NCBI GenBank assembly: GCA_947648765.1
Contig: CANSOY010000001.1
Location: 7,016 to 71,015, forward strand
Origin: an uncultured Clostridium sp.
Lineage (GTDB): Bacteria > Bacillota > Clostridia > TANB77 > CAG-508
Length of the DNA: 64,000 nt
Reading direction: 5' to 3'
The position numbers and the translations under genes are program-made. This document shows positions 1-10,163 of this stretch, one piece after another; position 1 is the first letter of the stretch, and each line of letters starts with the position of its first letter. Under the pieces are notes generated by a model that had not been told where the DNA came from, did no database searches, and saw only the letters and a program-made list of their open reading frames with translations.

Positions 1-655
1 TCAGAACGCAAACAACGACCTGAACCGAAAATTGCTTACCCAAACCCACGCAACACATTTTAGTACGCACATTGGACAATTTGAAGGAGATGGCGACCCG
101 TTTGTCAACTTCCGGAAGAACCTAGAAGATATGCGAACTCTCCTCCCTGCCATACGACTCGGCGGAGAAAATGTATTTTCACTTGTCAATCCCAGTGGTA
201 AAGCAAACTATATGACCCTGCAAAGCACCCATCCAGATTTTATCAACTTTATGTGGGAACAGTTAGACTTTGGCGTTTTCGATATTGCTCATGCTAAAAT
301 CGCAGCTAGGGACCACAAAATGCAATTTAACGAGTATGTTCGTGCTTTGAACTGCCACAAGGTTGAGATTATTCATATCTCTGGTGGCATGGCTCTTGCT
401 AATTTTAACAGTAGCAATTCCAATGACGTAGATTTGCATTTTCCTTGTGAATTACAGGACTTTATCGAGTTACAGCAATTACTCAAACTTTTTCCCAATG
501 TCAAGTTTGTCATTAGCGAACTTGCTTACAGCAAAGGAGAAAATAACCAGAGAGTTCCTTTAACCCGGGAAGACTATGAGAAAGAAGCCCAAGCCTTGAA
601 CATTGCTGTTAAGCAAAACGATACAGCACTCTATCATTTTTTTGAGAAAATATAA
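1..655 (+). CDS. hypothetical protein, 5'-truncated at window edge (reading frame open from nt 2; track start at 32 is an internal TTG)
   Basis: Open frame runs from the window start with no stop until 655. GC is higher than in neighbouring genes. A perfect hairpin terminator follows. Confidence 0.4.
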   Translation, partial: QNANNDLNRKLLTQTHATHFSTHIGQFEGDGDPFVNFRKNLEDMRTLLPAIRLGGENVFSLVNPSGKANYMTLQSTHPDFINFMWEQLDFGVFDIAHAKIAARDHKMQFNEYVRALNCHKVEIIHISGGMALANFNSSNSNDVDLHFPCELQDFIELQQLLKLFPNVKFVISELAYSKGENNQRVPLTREDYEKEAQALNIAVKQNDTALYHFFEKI

Positions 656-670
656 CAGCAAGACCTTCTA

Positions 671-708
671 AGAGGGTGTCCATATTATGGACACCCTCTT
701 TCTTTTAT
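671..708. terminator. bidirectional rho-independent terminator between convergent genes
   Basis: Perfect 13-bp inverted repeat agagggtgtccat/atggacaccctct, followed by a T-run. Confidence 0.55.
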
Positions 709-2216
709 TTCTCTTCTTCACTAGTTTCTTGTTCTTCGTCTGCTACTTTCTTCTTGTTCATTTTTTGTACTTTCACATTGGTTGGTATTTTTACGACTAC
801 TTCAGTTCCTTTTCCAACTTCGCTCTTAATATCAATATCGCCATTGTTTTGATTTAAGATTTCTTTGGCAATGGATAAACCAAGTCCCGTTCCACCAAGT
901 TCTCTACTACGGGCTTTATCCACACGATAAAAACGCTCAAAGATACGAGTTAAATCTTCTTCTGGAATTCCAATTCCATTATCGATTACCTTAATATACG
1001 CATCATTGTAGACAAAACCTACATAAATCTTAATTTCTCCCTTTTCTGGGGTATATTTAATACTGTTGGTTAGGATATTTAATACCACTCGTTCAATTCC
1101 ATCTTTATCTGCATAAACTGGTGGCACATTTGCTGTTACAAAACAGTCAACATGATGTTCTTTTTTCTGAATTTCTAAGTCTAGTTTTTCTTGGCACTGT
1201 TTTACCAATTCTCCTAAATCAAATTCGGCTTTTTCAACCACTTCTTTATTAGTATCATAACGAGATAGGGCAAGTAAGTCTGTTACGAGTTTTGCCATTC
1301 TTCTTGCTTCTGCGGTAATAACGCCAAGGAAACGAGTTTGGGTTTCTTTGTCATATTCTCCTTCTAGCAGCGTATCTGCATAGCCCATAATTGAGGTGAT
1401 TGGGGTCTTTAACTCATGGGATACATCTGCTACAAATTCTTTTCGCATATTATCCAAGTTTACGTGCTCCGTAATATCTTGTATCATTGTCATAACACCA
1501 AGTGGTTTGTTATCTTCGTTACGAAATGGTGCAAAGATAATCTTTAAGTATTGGTCATTTACATGAATCTTTTGCTCCGAAGATGTCCACTCTTCTAAGT
1601 AAATAATTTTCTCTAGGTTCACATCGATTTGCATTTTTTCAAATACAGTTTCAAAGGTATTTTCTTCTTCTAATCCCAAAAACTTCTTGGCTGCTGGGTT
1701 AATATGGATAATGTTTCCTTCTACGTCAAATGCAATAATTCCATCGGTCATGTGAAGCAAAATGGTTTCAATTTGCTTTTTCTGTTTATTCACTTCTTGC
1801 AAGTTTTGCTTTAATTCCTTGGTCATAAGTGCAAAAGCATTTACCAATTCGTCTACTTCATTTGCTTTTTTGTTGCTAATAATCTCTTTCTCTGGAATTT
1901 CTTCCCCTTTGGCAATCTTTTCTGCACTTTTTACTAATTTTTGAATTGGTGCAATAATGGACCTAGAAACATAGAAGCCAACTAATGCCATAATGATACA
2001 AAAAACAAGGATAAAAATGCACAATACCACTTGAATTTGTGTAATCTGTGTGCCGAGTAACTGGCTAATTTCCGCTGTACTTTGCCATGCTTCTGTTCCG
2101 AGTTGTCCCTGCAAATGGTACAAAGAAACAAAAAAAGTAGCCCCTAGTCCTAAAATGATAATAAGCCCGATTGCTAAATAGATTAAAATTAGTTTTGTTT
2201 GAATATGTTTTAGCAT
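705..2216 (-). CDS. sensor histidine kinase (2 TM, HAMP, PAS, HisKA, HATPase_c; WalK/PhoR-like)
   Basis: H-box FVADVSHELKTPITSI, G-box GGTGLGLSIAKEI and N-terminal TM helices. Lies downstream of an OmpR-type response regulator. Confidence 0.85.
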   Translation of the reverse strand: MLKHIQTKLILIYLAIGLIIILGLGATFFVSLYHLQGQLGTEAWQSTAEISQLLGTQITQIQVVLCIFILVFCIIMALVGFYVSRSIIAPIQKLVKSAEKIAKGEEIPEKEIISNKKANEVDELVNAFALMTKELKQNLQEVNKQKKQIETILLHMTDGIIAFDVEGNIIHINPAAKKFLGLEEENTFETVFEKMQIDVNLEKIIYLEEWTSSEQKIHVNDQYLKIIFAPFRNEDNKPLGVMTMIQDITEHVNLDNMRKEFVADVSHELKTPITSIMGYADTLLEGEYDKETQTRFLGVITAEARRMAKLVTDLLALSRYDTNKEVVEKAEFDLGELVKQCQEKLDLEIQKKEHHVDCFVTANVPPVYADKDGIERVVLNILTNSIKYTPEKGEIKIYVGFVYNDAYIKVIDNGIGIPEEDLTRIFERFYRVDKARSRELGGTGLGLSIAKEILNQNNGDIDIKSEVGKGTEVVVKIPTNVKVQKMNKKKVADEEQETSEEEK

Positions 2217-2251
2217 GGTTTCGTCCTTTCTGAAAAGAAAAAGATGGACAA

Positions 2252-3010
2252 CTAATTCTTGTCCACCTTTTTGGTTGATACATAATATCCAACCCCGCGT
2301 TTCGTAATTAAAATCTTTGGAGCAGATGTATCTTTCTCGATTTTTTCACGAATTCTACGGATAGTAACATCAACCGTACGAATATCTCCATAATATTCAT
2401 AGCCCCATACTTTTTCAAGTAGGGTCTGTCTGGTTACAACTTGTCCTGGTTGGTTAGCAAGATATTTCAATACTTCAAATTCTCTTAGTGTTAAGTCAAT
2501 TACTTCGTCACGTACTCTGACTTCAAACTTATTCAAGTCTAGACTTAAATCACCAACAACAATTAGATTTTCATTTTTCTCTGGCTCTACTGTTTCGGTT
2601 TCTTCTGGCGAGTCTCCTTTTGCAATGTCTGCCTTTCTTAAGTTTGCTTTTACACGTGCCATTAATTCTCTTACACTAAATGGCTTTGTTACATAATCGT
2701 CTGCACCAAGTTCTAATCCTAGGATTTTATCGATTTCCTCATCTCTTGCGGATAGCATTAAAATTGGAATGTTCAAAGATTGTCTTACTCTTTTACAAAC
2801 GGATAATCCATCTGTTTTTGGTAGCATGATGTCTAACAAAATTAAGTCTGGTTTTTGTTTTAATGCGATATCGATTGCTGCTTCTCCATCGTTTGCTTCT
2901 AGCGTTTCATAACCTTCTTTTTGTAGGTTATATACAAGAATATCTACGATTGGTTTTTCATCATCCACGATTAAAATTGTCTTTTTACTTTGGCTGGTAA
3001 CCTCTTCCAT
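2252..3010 (-). CDS. OmpR-family DNA-binding response regulator (WalR/YycF-like)
   Basis: Receiver motifs ILIVDDE, LILLDIMLP and KP, plus a winged-helix C-terminus (ITKRGVGY). Confidence 0.85.
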   Translation of the reverse strand: MEEVTSQSKKTILIVDDEKPIVDILVYNLQKEGYETLEANDGEAAIDIALKQKPDLILLDIMLPKTDGLSVCKRVRQSLNIPILMLSARDEEIDKILGLELGADDYVTKPFSVRELMARVKANLRKADIAKGDSPEETETVEPEKNENLIVVGDLSLDLNKFEVRVRDEVIDLTLREFEVLKYLANQPGQVVTRQTLLEKVWGYEYYGDIRTVDVTIRRIREKIEKDTSAPKILITKRGVGYYVSTKKVDKN

Positions 3011-3516
3011 AAAAGTCCGCCTCTCTTCCTTTTATCTTACTTATACTTATATCATAATCATTTTGGGCTTGCAATATCTTTTACATTTTTTTTACAAGTT
3101 TATGACATCTTGGCGACAGATTTCAACTTTATCTTTCCATTTCTTCGTCTGCTTCTGGTCTTAATTCCCCGTTTCGAACTGCACGATTCACTTCTTTTTC
3201 TTGCTCATAGGAAACTTTTACATTGTTGTGGTCATCTTTTGAAAATTCTGCATTTGCCATAATTTCAATCTTTTCAAAGTATACATCGCCTAATCTTTGG
3301 ATGGCTCCTGCTTCTGAAATCTTGTCTTCTTTTACTTTGCTAGCTAATTCATCAATTCTAGAAAAGCCTTGGAGATATGCAGTGATGTCTTTGGAGATAT
3401 CGTTTTTCTTGAAGATTGGTAAGGCTGGTGTTCCAAGATGGATATCTTTTCCGACTTGGATACTGGCTCCAGAGTCCCCGGATTTAATATCAAAATACCA
3501 TTCTCCTGGCTCTACT

Positions 3517-4083
3517 TCATAATATGGTACACCGGAATAGGCTTCCTAATTTTTGACTTAATACTTCGTCTTTTAGTTGGTTAATTTCAGCAATTTTGGC
3601 AAGTACTACTTCTTCGCTAATTTCTTGTTTTGGATCAAAATAGTTGAAAAATGCTTCATATCCTTTCAATTTTTGGACTAATTCTGGGGTTAAACCAAGT
3701 TCTTGTGCTTCAATTCCTGCCATTTCTACCATCGTTGTACTGGTTTGGCTTGGGGCTTGACTTGCCATATAATTATGGGCATAAGAAATGGTGCCTGCTA
3801 ATAGTGCTAGGCTAGCACACACGCCTGCAATTAGACGACGAGAAGCATAGACTTTTCTTTCTTGTACGCCAGAACCACGTATACTACCTTGCCTATCGTT
3901 TGCTGTTCTTGCATTACGAGTGTACGCCCCATCTGAACGGTAAGTCATACTTTGTAGAATTTGTTCTTCTTGCATACGCCTTTGTCGGTTTTCTTCATAT
4001 CGTTCTTCTGGAACCAATAGTTCTGGACCATGGTCAATTACTCTTTGCTCTCTTCTCCAATTCTTTGCTTGCATTTCTCCCAT
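3517..4083 (-). CDS. hypothetical bitopic membrane protein; reading frame continues in +1 frame to ~3129 (probable frameshift)
   Basis: 188-aa ORF with a central TM. An open frame of about 130 codons without a start codon continues immediately downstream after an A5 run (see findings). Confidence 0.4.
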   Translation of the reverse strand: MGEMQAKNWRREQRVIDHGPELLVPEERYEENRQRRMQEEQILQSMTYRSDGAYTRNARTANDRQGSIRGSGVQERKVYASRRLIAGVCASLALLAGTISYAHNYMASQAPSQTSTTMVEMAGIEAQELGLTPELVQKLKGYEAFFNYFDPKQEISEEVVLAKIAEINQLKDEVLSQKLGSLFRCTIL

Positions 4084-4141
4084 TTTTCTTCCTCTTTTCT
4101 TCGGTTTTCCCTTTCCAATTTACCACGAAATACTTGAAAAA

Positions 4142-4723
4142 TCAATATCCTATTGCCACTAATTTTGCATAAATATCATACCAGCTATACACACGTGTAA
4201 GGTTTGGTAGTATTACATCTCGGTTATATCGATTATCCATACAAAAAACTTTTGTAATTTTAGCACATTCTCGGATAACTTCTGGATTATCTTCTATCAT
4301 CACATCAATTTTAGCTTCTTTGATTTCTTGTACTTTTGGAGTATGGGTAAAATAGATTGCATCATAGGGAATATGGTTCTTTTCTAGCCATTGGATGGTA
4401 TCTTGCCTCATTTGCTCTCCTAATGCAGAGTTTTCTTGCGTTTGATATCTTCCTGTGATAATGATAATGCGGTGTCCTTTTTGATGCAGTTTTGTTAAAA
4501 TCTCTGCACTGTATGCTCTTGCTGGTGCGTTTCGGATATAGGTAAAAAAGTATTCTTGGCGATACCTTTCTAAGATTTCTTCTGTCCAATTACATTTTTG
4601 CTCATAGGCATTCGGATTTTCCATTTCTGGTAATCCGTGCTCATAGCAAAACTTTGCAATATGGTCTACACGGTAAGTATCGTCATCGGCTAACACGCCG
4701 TCAATATCTACTCCTAGGTTCAT
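4142..4723 (-). CDS. HAD-superfamily hydrolase, 5'(3')-deoxyribonucleotidase (NT5C)-like
   Basis: N-terminal DIDGVLAD motif (DxDxT/V HAD motif I). Size about 190 aa. Confidence 0.5.
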   Translation of the reverse strand: MNLGVDIDGVLADDDTYRVDHIAKFCYEHGLPEMENPNAYEQKCNWTEEILERYRQEYFFTYIRNAPARAYSAEILTKLHQKGHRIIIITGRYQTQENSALGEQMRQDTIQWLEKNHIPYDAIYFTHTPKVQEIKEAKIDVMIEDNPEVIRECAKITKVFCMDNRYNRDVILPNLTRVYSWYDIYAKLVAIGY

Positions 4724-4807
4724 GTTTGCTCCTTTTCTTCTTTGGTTTTTCTCTAGTATATCATAAAAAGAAAAAGAAAGCAGACTTTTTGTCTACTTTC
4801 CTTTGTT

Positions 4808-5692
4808 TTAATATAAATATTTTTGTGGGTTGATTTGCGAACCGTTTTTTCGGATTTCAAAGTGTAAGTGGTTTCCGGTAGAACGCCCTGTTGAACCAAC
4901 TGCTGCTATTCTTGTCCCGGCAGATACATTTTGTCCTTCGGATACGAAGATTTTACTACAATGTCCGTAGTACGTTTCAATTCCATTTCCATGGCGAATG
5001 ACAACGAGATTTCCATATCCTCCATTGTTCATACCTGCAAATTTTACGGTTCCGTCTGCTGCTGCATAAATGCTTGTACCATTTGGTGCTGCGATGTCTA
5101 GTCCTTTATGGGCATGGTCACGGATTGCTTCTTGGCTTCCGAAACGTGAAGTAATTCTTCCTGCTACTGGTCGTTTGGCAAAAAGCACACCATCTAAGGT
5201 ATGGGCTCTTTTCCATTCTTCCTCTTCTACTTCTTCTCTCACTAAGTCTTGGGTTGTTACATTGGCTAGCATATATTCAGTTTCTTGTTCTGCTTTGTTT
5301 TCAGTATATACTTCTACAATGCCGACTTTGGATGTATATTCTTCATCATATTTTTCTTTGATATCTTCTACTAATGCTTCTGCCATTTCAAGTGTTTCTA
5401 CATACTCGGTTGTTTCTCCATCTAAGGTAAGTGCATACATACGATAAACAGTTCTAACAGAGTTTCCAATTCGGTCAAAAATCTCGTCTTCGTTGGTATC
5501 TTTATTGTATGCTACTAATTGTAACGAGAATTCTGGCTTTCCTTCGATTTCACTTGATACAACACTGTCGTCATTTTCAATTAAATTTTCGTTAATTCTT
5601 TTTTCAAATTCATATCGGTTGGCGATATATCCAACTTCTTCTTCTTCTACGGTTACACGGTAAACTGGCTTATATTTAATGAGCGCAACCAT
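4808..5692 (-). CDS. M23 family (LytM-type) peptidoglycan metalloendopeptidase with N-terminal TM
   Basis: HxxxD...HxH-type motifs: HKGLDIAAP and GNHLHFEIRKNG. Confidence 0.8.
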   Translation of the reverse strand: MVALIKYKPVYRVTVEEEEVGYIANRYEFEKRINENLIENDDSVVSSEIEGKPEFSLQLVAYNKDTNEDEIFDRIGNSVRTVYRMYALTLDGETTEYVETLEMAEALVEDIKEKYDEEYTSKVGIVEVYTENKAEQETEYMLANVTTQDLVREEVEEEEWKRAHTLDGVLFAKRPVAGRITSRFGSQEAIRDHAHKGLDIAAPNGTSIYAAADGTVKFAGMNNGGYGNLVVIRHGNGIETYYGHCSKIFVSEGQNVSAGTRIAAVGSTGRSTGNHLHFEIRKNGSQINPQKYLY

Positions 5693-6009
5693 AAGGATAG
5701 CAAATGCGCCTATTGTAATTAGGTTAATTAACTTTAGAACTTCTTTTGTGTAGTATTTTATCCTTCTGCTTAAAATAGAATTTCACACTCCTTTTTTTGA
5801 TACAGCCATCTTTTATTATACTACATATTGTGCACTTTTTCAAATAAGATATACCTTTATAAACAAATTTTGAGCATTTTTACTAGTTTTGGGCATTGTA
5901 TGTCCTATTTTATTCCATAGTTTCCTCTATTTTCCTCTTCTTTGCTCGTTTTTTCTCACTTTTTCGCAAGTTGACTTTAACCACTTTTTCCGTTCTTGTT
6001 ACGGATACA

Positions 6010-6048
6010 GGTAAAAAAGAGAATTTGGACATTCCTCCAAATTCTCTT
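6010..6048 (-). terminator. rho-independent terminator downstream of smc
   Basis: 13-bp inverted repeat aagagaatttgga/tccaaattctctt, with a T-run on the minus strand. Confidence 0.5.
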
Positions 6049-6054
6049 TTCTTC

Positions 6055-9000
6055 TTATTGTTTTAATCGAATAGATAGTAACTTACTAATACCGTTTTCC
6101 TCCATGGTAACTCCATAAACAGAGTCTGCTATTTCCATGGTTCCTTTACGGTGTGTAATCACTAAGAATTGTGTTTCCTCACTAAATTTTCGTAAGTAAT
6201 CTGCAAAACGATAGACATTGACGTCATCTAGTGCTGCCTCAATTTCGTCTAAGATACAAAATGGTGCTGGACTAAGTTTGAGGATAGCAAATAAAATGGC
6301 AATCGCAGTGAGTGCTTTTTCTCCGCCAGATAATAGCATCATATTCTGCAATTTCTTGCCGGTTGGCTGTACACGAATGTCAATACCACACTCTAAAATA
6401 TGCTCCTCATCTTCCAAAATTAGTTCTGCTTTTCCGCCACCAAACAGTTCCACAAACACTTCATTAAAATTTTGGTTAATGAGTTTGAATTTCTCTCGAA
6501 ACTGCTCTTTCATGGTATCTGTCATTTGACTAATCACTTGTCTTAACTTTGTTGCTGTATTTTCTAAGTCTAAACGTTGCTCACACATAAAATCATAACG
6601 TTCTTTGGTTTTTTTGTATTCTTCAATCGAGTCAATATTGATACTGCCAAGATTTCGGATTTGCTCTTTCAAGTTCATTACTTCTTTTTGCGCTTTTGCT
6701 AAATTCTCTGGTTTTTCTACCTCTTGAATTTGGCTTGGTGTTAGTTCATATTCTCCCCAAAGGTTATTGACGGTATCTTGCAAGTCTTGTTCCATTTTGG
6801 TCTTTTTCACATCCGTTTTTACAATTTGCTCTTTTAGACTTTCTAATACTTCAAATTGGCTTGTTACTTCTTGTTCCATTTGCTCCAATTTTTCATTCTT
6901 TTGGGTACGTAAATCCTTTAATTCTTCTACTTTTGCTCCACTGTTTTTTGCGTTTTCTTTTACTTGTTCAATTTGGTCTTGGAAGCCAAGTATCGCATTT
7001 TGGTAAGTTTCATTTTCGGTTTTCGCTTCTTGTACTCGCTTTTGCTTATTCTCCATCGCTGCACGATTGGTTTGCATTTCTTGCTCAATTCGCTCTAAAA
7101 TTTCGTCAATGGATAACTGACTTTCATCAAAAGAACTAACCGAAATTTTAAGATTGGTAATATCAAAATTAAGGTCATCAATGTATTTTTGACGGTCTTG
7201 GTTGGCTTCTGCAAACTTTTGGATTTCCTCTGTATATGCCTGTATTTGCTTTTCGAGTTCTTGCACTTTTTCTTCAAAGGATACTTTTTCTTGTGCTTTT
7301 TCTTCTTTTTGCTTGTCTATTTCTAAATTATCCTGTTTTAGTTTTTCCAATCTTGCCTCTAATCTTGCAATATTTTCTTCAATCGCAACCATTTTTTGCT
7401 TTTCTGTTGCATAGATAATGTCGCTCTCTTGTAAACTTGCTTCTAAACTTTGTGCTTCTTCTTCAATGGAGCTGTTTAAGTCTAAGAAATCTGCTCGTTC
7501 TTTTTCTACTTGTTTTATTTTAGCTTGTAACTCTTCCATTTGCTTACCAAGTTCTTCAATCTCACGGCTTCTTCCTAAAATGTTGACGGTTTTATTAACC
7601 ACAGAACCACCCGTAATCGAGCCAGATGGATTAATAAAATCTCCTTTTAAGGTAACGATACGGAACGCATATTGGTTCTTTTTCGCAAGGCTAATGGCAG
7701 TATCCATATCCTCTACAATCACGGTTCTACCAAGCAAACTGAATACAATTTGCTCATATTTTTTCTCGTATTGGATTAAATCTGACGCAATTCCAATTAC
7801 TTTGGCATCTTTGTCTTGGCTAAAGCGTTCTAGTTTTTTTCCATGAACCGAGGCGATTGGTAAGAAAGATGCTCTTCCTAAATTATTCGTACGCAAGTAT
7901 TCGACTAATTTTTTCGCATCATTTTCCTTGTCTGTTACAATATTTTGAACGGCTTGTCCAAGCGCCATTTCAATCGCTGTTTCATATTCTTTTGGAACCG
8001 TTAGAAGGTTAGCTAAAACACCGTGTACGCCCTCTTTTAAGGCTCCATTTTTCTCACACTCTTGCAACAATGCTTTTACACTTTTTACATAGCCTTCTTT
8101 TTCTTTTTCGGTTTCGATTAAGAATTTTTGTCTGGTGCTTTTCATACGATAACTTTCGGTCCAGTCGATTTGTTGTTTATCGTATTCCTTGGTCTTTTGG
8201 TGGATTTCCTCACGCTTCTGGTTTAATGCCTCAAGTTCTCCCGCCGTTTTATTTCTTCTTGCTTCAATCTCATAAAAAGTCTTGCCAAGTTCCTGCTTTT
8301 CATCACGCTTTGCGTCTAATTCGGATATAGTTGCTTGAATTTCAGATTGATTGCCAGACTTTTTCTTGTCTAAGTTTTCGCGGTAAATCTCGCAACTATG
8401 GATATCGTTTAGGACTTCATACTTGCGGTCTGTATTTTGTTCAATGACTTGCTTTTTCTCTTCGATTTCCTTCTCTTTTTCGGATAGTCCTTGGGATAGT
8501 TCAGCAAGTTTGGCTTCTTTTTCTTCTAATTCTTTTTGAAATTTTTCTTTGTTTTGACTTAGATTGGTTTTCTTTTCATTCTTCTGTTCTTTTTCTTCGG
8601 TTAGTTCTTTCATGCGTTCTTCATTTTGTTTGATTTCTTCCAATAGTCTTTTTTCGTTTTGCTCATTATTTTGGATTTTTTCTTGGTGGATGCTGATTTC
8701 TGCTTGCAATTTTTCGATTTGATTGCTACTTTCAAAACTGCTATTTTGCATTTGTTCAATTTCGTTAATAATTTGGTTAATTTCTGCTCGAAGGGCTTCT
8801 TTGGTTTCCCCAATTTTCGTCATTTTTTCGTCTTCTTGTCCTTTTTGCTCTTCGAGAATAGTCATATCTTCAGTAATCTTTTTGATTTTTTCCTTAAAGT
8901 CTTCAGTATTAACGGCAAATACACCTAATTCAATGTTCTTTAATTCTTCTCGCAAGTCTAAATATTGTTTTGCTTTTTCCGATTGTACCTTAAGTGGCTC

Positions 9001-9639
9001 AATCGAGGCTTCAATTTCGGAAAGGATATCATTGATACGAAGAAGATTGAGTTTGGTTTGTTCTAGTTTCTTTTCGGATTCTTGCTTTCTCGTACGGTAT
9101 TTTACAATCCCTGCCGCTTCTTCGAAAATATGTCTGCGGTCTTCGGATTTATTGCTTAGAATTTCGTCTATTTTTCCCTGTCCAATAATGCTGTATCCGT
9201 CTTTTCCAATTCCAGTATCCATAAATAGTTCTAGAACATCTTTCAAACGGCATGGCACTTTGTTGATAAAATATCCCGTTTCTCCACTTCGGTAAATTTT
9301 TCTGGTAATGGTTACTTCGGAGTATTCGATTGGAAGTGAACCATCTGTATTATCGATTACAATGGAGGCTTCTGCAAATCCGAGGGATTTTCTAGCTTGG
9401 GTTCCAGCAAAGATAATGTCTTCTGCTTTGGAACTGCGCAAAGATTTCATGCTTTGCTCGCCAAGTACCCAGCGAATACTATCCGAGATATTACTTTTTC
9501 CGGAACCATTTGGTCCAATAACGGAAGTAATTCCTGGTTTGAATTCTAATATAGATTTATCGGCAAATGACTTAAACCCCTGTAATTCTAATCTTTTCAA
9601 ATACATATCTTTTATCCTTCTTTTCTTTTGACCTTGCAA
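6055..9639 (-). CDS. smc: chromosome segregation protein SMC
   Basis: 1194 aa. N-terminal Walker A GPNGSGKSN, long coiled coils, hinge, and C-terminal signature LSGGEKALTAIAILFA plus Walker B ILDEIEAALD. Confidence 0.9.
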   Translation of the reverse strand: MQGQKKRRIKDMYLKRLELQGFKSFADKSILEFKPGITSVIGPNGSGKSNISDSIRWVLGEQSMKSLRSSKAEDIIFAGTQARKSLGFAEASIVIDNTDGSLPIEYSEVTITRKIYRSGETGYFINKVPCRLKDVLELFMDTGIGKDGYSIIGQGKIDEILSNKSEDRRHIFEEAAGIVKYRTRKQESEKKLEQTKLNLLRINDILSEIEASIEPLKVQSEKAKQYLDLREELKNIELGVFAVNTEDFKEKIKKITEDMTILEEQKGQEDEKMTKIGETKEALRAEINQIINEIEQMQNSSFESSNQIEKLQAEISIHQEKIQNNEQNEKRLLEEIKQNEERMKELTEEKEQKNEKKTNLSQNKEKFQKELEEKEAKLAELSQGLSEKEKEIEEKKQVIEQNTDRKYEVLNDIHSCEIYRENLDKKKSGNQSEIQATISELDAKRDEKQELGKTFYEIEARRNKTAGELEALNQKREEIHQKTKEYDKQQIDWTESYRMKSTRQKFLIETEKEKEGYVKSVKALLQECEKNGALKEGVHGVLANLLTVPKEYETAIEMALGQAVQNIVTDKENDAKKLVEYLRTNNLGRASFLPIASVHGKKLERFSQDKDAKVIGIASDLIQYEKKYEQIVFSLLGRTVIVEDMDTAISLAKKNQYAFRIVTLKGDFINPSGSITGGSVVNKTVNILGRSREIEELGKQMEELQAKIKQVEKERADFLDLNSSIEEEAQSLEASLQESDIIYATEKQKMVAIEENIARLEARLEKLKQDNLEIDKQKEEKAQEKVSFEEKVQELEKQIQAYTEEIQKFAEANQDRQKYIDDLNFDITNLKISVSSFDESQLSIDEILERIEQEMQTNRAAMENKQKRVQEAKTENETYQNAILGFQDQIEQVKENAKNSGAKVEELKDLRTQKNEKLEQMEQEVTSQFEVLESLKEQIVKTDVKKTKMEQDLQDTVNNLWGEYELTPSQIQEVEKPENLAKAQKEVMNLKEQIRNLGSINIDSIEEYKKTKERYDFMCEQRLDLENTATKLRQVISQMTDTMKEQFREKFKLINQNFNEVFVELFGGGKAELILEDEEHILECGIDIRVQPTGKKLQNMMLLSGGEKALTAIAILFAILKLSPAPFCILDEIEAALDDVNVYRFADYLRKFSEETQFLVITHRKGTMEIADSVYGVTMEENGISKLLSIRLKQ

Positions 9640-9703
9640 TACTTAAACTATATCTTAAAAATGAATTCTTTTCAAGTTTTGTAGACAAATTTTCTCTTTT
9701 TAC

Positions 9704-9732
9704 TTGATTTCTCGCGAAAAACTTTTTATAAT
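9704..9732 (+). promoter_or_regulatory. sigma-A-type promoter (TTGATT-17-TATAAT)
   Basis: Hexamers read directly with 17-nt spacing. Lies about 75 nt upstream of a small GC-rich ORF. Confidence 0.4.
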
Positions 9733-9806
9733 ACAAGGGAAGTTCGTATCAACTTAAGTGGGCAAGTCTTTCTTGCCTACGCCGGAAAACATTTGGAGGT
9801 TGTACT

Positions 9807-9983
9807 ATGCCCGAAGACAAAAGAATTGAAACCATGCGAGCAATCTGCGCCTGTTGTCCGACGCGCCACTGTGAAAGTGGCCACCCCTGCGACGAGGTCG
9901 ATATGCTGGAAATCATGCACCAGTTTCCGGAGGAGGTTTGTGCCACCTACGCCTGGCTGTATGGCAATCTGACCGTCAAGTAA
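9807..9983 (+). CDS. small Cys-rich protein (58 aa) in GC-rich island; not in ORF track (<60 aa)
   Basis: ATG with GGAGG Shine-Dalgarno 7 nt upstream. Six Cys (CACCPTRHCESGHPC). Strong GC3 codon periodicity, unlike the host. Own promoter and terminator. Confidence 0.4.
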   Translation: MPEDKRIETMRAICACCPTRHCESGHPCDEVDMLEIMHQFPEEVCATYAWLYGNLTVK

Positions 9984-10006
9984 ATCGCAGTTAAACAAAG
10001 AATGAA

Positions 10007-10046
10007 GCGCCCCTTTCTAGTTCATCTGGAGAGGGGCGTTTGCTTG
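10007..10046 (+). terminator. rho-independent terminator
   Basis: GC-rich hairpin gcgcccct...aggggcgt followed by a T-run. Confidence 0.45.
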
Positions 10047-10064
10047 GAAAATTTTAGAAATTGA

Positions 10065-10093
10065 TTGACAAGAAAGGAGAAAAATGCTATACT
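10065..10093 (+). promoter_or_regulatory. sigma-A-type promoter (TTGACA-17-TATACT) driving a ~65-nt transcript ending at hairpin+T7 (10143-10167)
   Basis: Consensus -35 with 17-nt spacer. Downstream hairpin gatatg/catatc plus ttttttt. Confidence 0.35.
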
Positions 10094-10163
10094 ATTTTTA
10101 GTAAGCAAGTATCCGTTCATTATTGCTATACTGGTATGTGATATGGGAATCACATATCTTTTT

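Noticed and set aside
6218-9631. Many plus-strand ORFs (60-190 aa) inside the smc gene
   Set aside because: They have Ser/Phe/Leu-rich low-complexity translations on the antisense strand of a well-supported 1194-aa smc CDS. These are spurious.
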